The notes under the pieces: generated by a model
The model's input: the letters and a program-made list of their open reading frames with translations, nothing else
Database searches by the model: none
Told to the model about the DNA's origin: nothing
Translations under genes and position numbers: made by a program
Source: an uncultured Gemmatimonadaceae bacterium
GTDB lineage: Bacteria > Gemmatimonadota > Gemmatimonadetes > Longimicrobiales > Gaopeijiaceae
Direction of reading: 5' to 3'
Assembly (NCBI GenBank): GCA_964591135.1
Contig: CAZPZU010000016.1
Location: forward strand, 4,941-68,940
Length of the DNA stretch: 64,000 nt
Shown here: positions 62,672 through 64,000 of the stretch, one piece after another
Position numbering within the stretch: the first letter of the stretch is position 1
How the letters are laid out: each line of letters begins with the position of its first letter

Positions 62672-64000
62672 GTGCACCTCGACGCCAAGATCCCGGCGGG
62701 CCCCATCGAAAAGAAGTGGGACAAGCACCGCTTCGACATGAAGCTGGTCAACCCCGCCAACAAGCGGAAATACGAAGTCATCGTCGTGGGGACCGGGCTC
62801 GCCGGCGCTTCGGCCGCCGCGACCCTCGGCGAGCTGGGCTATCGGGTGAAGTGCTTCACCTACCACGATTCCGCCCGCCGGGCCCACTCGATCGCCGCGC
62901 AAGGAGGCATCAACGCGGCCAAGAACTACCAGGGGGACGGGGACAGCATCTTCCGCCTCTTCTACGACACCGTGAAGGGAGGCGACTTCCGGTCCCGGGA
63001 GGCCAACGTGTACCGGCTGGCCCAGGTCAGCCTGAACATCATCGACCAGGCGGTCGCGCAGGGCGTGCCCTTCGCTCGCGAGTACGGCGGCTATCTGGCC
63101 AACCGGTCCTTCGGGGGCGCCCAGGTGTCGCGCACCTTCTACGCGCGCGGCCAGACGGGGCAGCAACTCCTCCTCGGCTGCTACCAGGCCCTGCAGCGGC
63201 AGGTGGCGCTTGGCACGGTGGAGCTGCACACCCGCCAGGAGATGCTGGACCTCGTGGTGGTCGACGGGGTCGCCCGCGGCATCGTCACCCGGGACCTGGT
63301 GAGCGGGAAGGTCGAGCAGCACGCGGGCCACGCGGTCGTCCTGGCCACGGGCGGATACTCGAACGTCTTCTTCCTCTCCACCAATGCGAAGGCGTGCAAC
63401 GTCACGGCGACGTGGCGTGCCGCAAAGCGCGGAGCCGGGTTCGCCAACCCCTGCTACACGCAGATCCATCCGACCTGCATCCCGCCGTCGGGGGACTACC
63501 AGTCGAAGCTGACGCTGATGAGCGAGTCGTTGCGCAACGACGGGCGCATCTGGGTGCCCGCGAAAGCGGGGGACGATCGCCCCGCCGGGCAGATCCCGGA
63601 GTCCGAGCGCGACTACTACCTCGAGCGCTTCTATCCGAGCTTCGGCAACCTGTCGCCCCGGGACATATCGTCGCGGCGGGCCAAGGAGATGGTCGACACG
63701 GGGCACGGCGTGGGCCCGCTGCACAACGGCGTGTACCTGGACTTCAAGGACGCCATCGCGCGGCTCGGGCAGGAGACCATCGCCGAGCGCTACGGCAACC
63801 TCTTCGAGATGTACGAGAAGATCACGGGCGAGAACCCGTACGAGGTGCCCATGCGCATCTATCCGGCGCCGCACTATACGATGGGCGGGCTCTGGGTGGA
63901 CTACAACTTGATGAGCAACGTTCCGGGTCTGTTCGTCCTCGGCGAGGCGAACTTCTCCGACCACGGCGCCAACCGCCTCGGGGCCAGCGCGCTCATGCAG
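62672..64000 (+). CDS. sdhA: succinate dehydrogenase / fumarate reductase flavoprotein subunit (5' 443 codons; continues past the right edge)
   Basis: Not in the ORF track because there is no stop in the window. GTG 62672 with GCGGAGG upstream. Translation [57 protein letters not shown]... Contains [12 protein letters not shown] (FAD-binding His). The frame is open to 64000 and ends ...[14 protein letters not shown]. Confidence 0.9.
   Translation, partial: MHLDAKIPAGPIEKKWDKHRFDMKLVNPANKRKYEVIVVGTGLAGASAAATLGELGYRVKCFTYHDSARRAHSIAAQGGINAAKNYQGDGDSIFRLFYDTVKGGDFRSREANVYRLAQVSLNIIDQAVAQGVPFAREYGGYLANRSFGGAQVSRTFYARGQTGQQLLLGCYQALQRQVALGTVELHTRQEMLDLVVVDGVARGIVTRDLVSGKVEQHAGHAVVLATGGYSNVFFLSTNAKACNVTATWRAAKRGAGFANPCYTQIHPTCIPPSGDYQSKLTLMSESLRNDGRIWVPAKAGDDRPAGQIPESERDYYLERFYPSFGNLSPRDISSRRAKEMVDTGHGVGPLHNGVYLDFKDAIARLGQETIAERYGNLFEMYEKITGENPYEVPMRIYPAPHYTMGGLWVDYNLMSNVPGLFVLGEANFSDHGANRLGASALMQ

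Overview
This is a high-GC (about 70%) bacterial chromosomal segment with tightly packed genes. Many neighbouring genes share 4-bp ATGA/GTGA stop-start overlaps. The gene content (GWxTD-domain protein, b558-type sdhC next to sdhA, many ECF sigma modules and TonB-type outer-membrane proteins) suggests a diderm such as Gemmatimonadota or a related lineage. That placement is inference only.

About 33.8-64 kb is mostly housekeeping: yicC-gmk-rpoZ-coaBC-udg, dnaB-ispD-tsaC-ptp-aroE-comF, gap, pgk-tpiA-secG, a 2-oxoacid dehydrogenase E1a/E1b/E2 set plus lipB, rnhA, carA, an HU/IHF protein, moaDEA, mdh and sdhCA.

About 0-33.7 kb looks more accessory:
- a sigma-54 two-component system coupled to a multihaem cytochrome c / cytochrome b operon
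- an aminotransferase plus long transketolase pair
- a HisKA_3/LuxR two-component pair next to a TonB-dependent receptor
- a TetR / LolA-like / MacB-type ABC / beta-barrel operon facing two tandem Cys-containing secreted paralogues
- an ImuB-like / small protein / RecX operon preceded by a phased CCGAA repeat array

I found no rRNA, tRNA, CRISPR array, transposase or integrase. Two CDSs that run off the window edges (1..497 minus, 62672..64000 plus) are missing from the supplied ORF track.

Most long ORFs in the track are antisense or off-frame shadows of real genes, as expected at this GC content. All product names come from motif recognition by eye. No database search was run.
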